From: Callorhinchus milii
Lineage: Eukaryota
DNA length: 64,000 nucleotides
Direction: 5' to 3'
Assembly (NCBI RefSeq): GCF_018977255.1
Contig: NW_024704742.1
Coordinates: forward strand, 68,760,001 to 68,824,000
The notes under the pieces were generated by a model. The model had not been told where the DNA came from. It worked only from the letters and a program-made list of their open reading frames with translations, and searched no databases. Shown piece by piece: positions 62,995-64,000 of this stretch (position 1 is its first letter; every line of letters starts with the position of its first letter). A program made the position numbers and the translations under genes.

Positions 62995-63355
62995 GCGTAG
63001 GCTGCAGATCATCCAGAACTCGCAGCCTGCGTCTTCTACCATATCAGGCTCCATGACCCTATCACCCACATCATCTCCCAACTCCACTGGATTCTCATCA
63101 CACAGAGGATACAGCTCAAGATTCTGGTCCTCACATTCAAAGCCCTCCATAGCCTTCCTCCCCCTCCCTCTGCAACCTCCTAACCCCCTACCATCCTGCT
63201 TCTGGTCTGCTTCAGAACACTCGCCTCGCCCACCCCACCATTGGCGGGTGGGCCTTCAGCCACTCTACCCCCACTCTCTAGAAACTCCATCCTGGAGTCC
63301 CTCTACCTTGCCCCCTCCCTTGCCTCCTTCAAGACCCGTCTCAAGCCTCTCCTGC
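62995..63355 (+). mobile_element. L2 LINE 3' fragment
   Basis: RLQIIQNS (ORF 62765-63388) and LAPSLASFKTRLK (ORF 63241-63465). Confidence 0.82.
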
Positions 63356-63387
63356 TTTCGATCATCCTTTTGTTTTATCTTGTACTG

Positions 63388-63690
63388 AACAGTAGAAACA
63401 GAGAATATGGCCTGAGATTGAAGAAGGGGGTAAATTCAGAACAAATCTGCGGAAACACTATTTAGTAACTGAGTAATGAATGTATGGAACAGGCTCCCTA
63501 GGGAGATGGTGGAAGCAGAAAGTTTTGTTTGTTTCAAGAACAAATTAGATAGATTTCTGTCAGGAAATAATATCTCGGGATACAGTTTTTAGTTTGGAAC
63601 ACGACATGTCAAGTGACTGCCAGGATGGTGGAAGGCGAACTAAATGGACCTTGGTCTTCTTTCATCTAGCAAATTCTTAAGTACTTATGT
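63388..63690 (+). mobile_element. CR1-type LINE 3' fragment
   Basis: VMNVWNRLPREMVEAESFVCFKNKLDRFL-type coding remnant; terminus ggaaggcgaactaaatggaccttggtctt. Confidence 0.78.
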
Positions 63691-64000
63691 TGTTTGATTG
63701 CACTTTTGGTCATCCGAATAATATTGGCCCACCCTGTATTTAAGAAGAAACTTGATACATAATGCGAAAGCAGGGAATAGAGGGGAATGTGAGAGGGGAA
63801 TAGGAGTGGTGGGCGGTTGGTGTGCAATATGTTCACTGATAAGGATTGGGGTGTTCCCATGTTGTATCCTTGCAATTCGGCACCACCTTATATTTTTCAG
63901 TATGTTTGTTAATGTTTGTGTCTCTTCCTGCAGATAGTTGTCTAATTTGTTACATAGCCACAGAGAGGCTTTCAGAAGTCACTTCACTTGTGGCACTTGA

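Noticed and set aside
1..64000. CRISPR-like or other regularly spaced repeat array
   Set aside because: Recurring motifs such as gcgctatatcaaatgcaagg are irregularly spaced SINE/LINE tails on both strands, with no constant repeat-spacer period.

Overview
Repeat-rich vertebrate genomic DNA; the SINE/LINE repertoire (Deu-domain SINEs, tRNA/CORE-like SINEs, CR1, L2) suggests a cartilaginous fish, which is an inference. The only host gene I can support is the 3' end of ctnna2 (alpha-N-catenin) on the + strand: a 135-nt internal exon (CPDSACK...GELIVSG) at 19822-19956, the same exon again at 34036-34170, and the terminal coding exon at 45987-46274, followed by a probable ~1.1-1.4 kb 3' UTR. The exon occurs twice because ~14.2 kb (14267-28473) is repeated almost identically (28575-42694) across a 30-N gap. 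The deletion-rich start of copy 2 and the gap point to an assembly artefact (unmerged contig overlap or haplotig) rather than a real duplication. The rest is mostly 5'-truncated CR1 and L2 LINE fragments, two SINE families, one interspersed repeat I cannot classify, and simple repeats. I found no convincing previously undescribed biological system; the best leads are the duplication (if real), the unclassified repeat, the mosaic SINE and some unusual retro-insertion junctions. Repeat boundaries were set by eye (about +/-20 bp), and repeats inside the duplication are listed for copy 1 only (add ~14,215 for copy 2).
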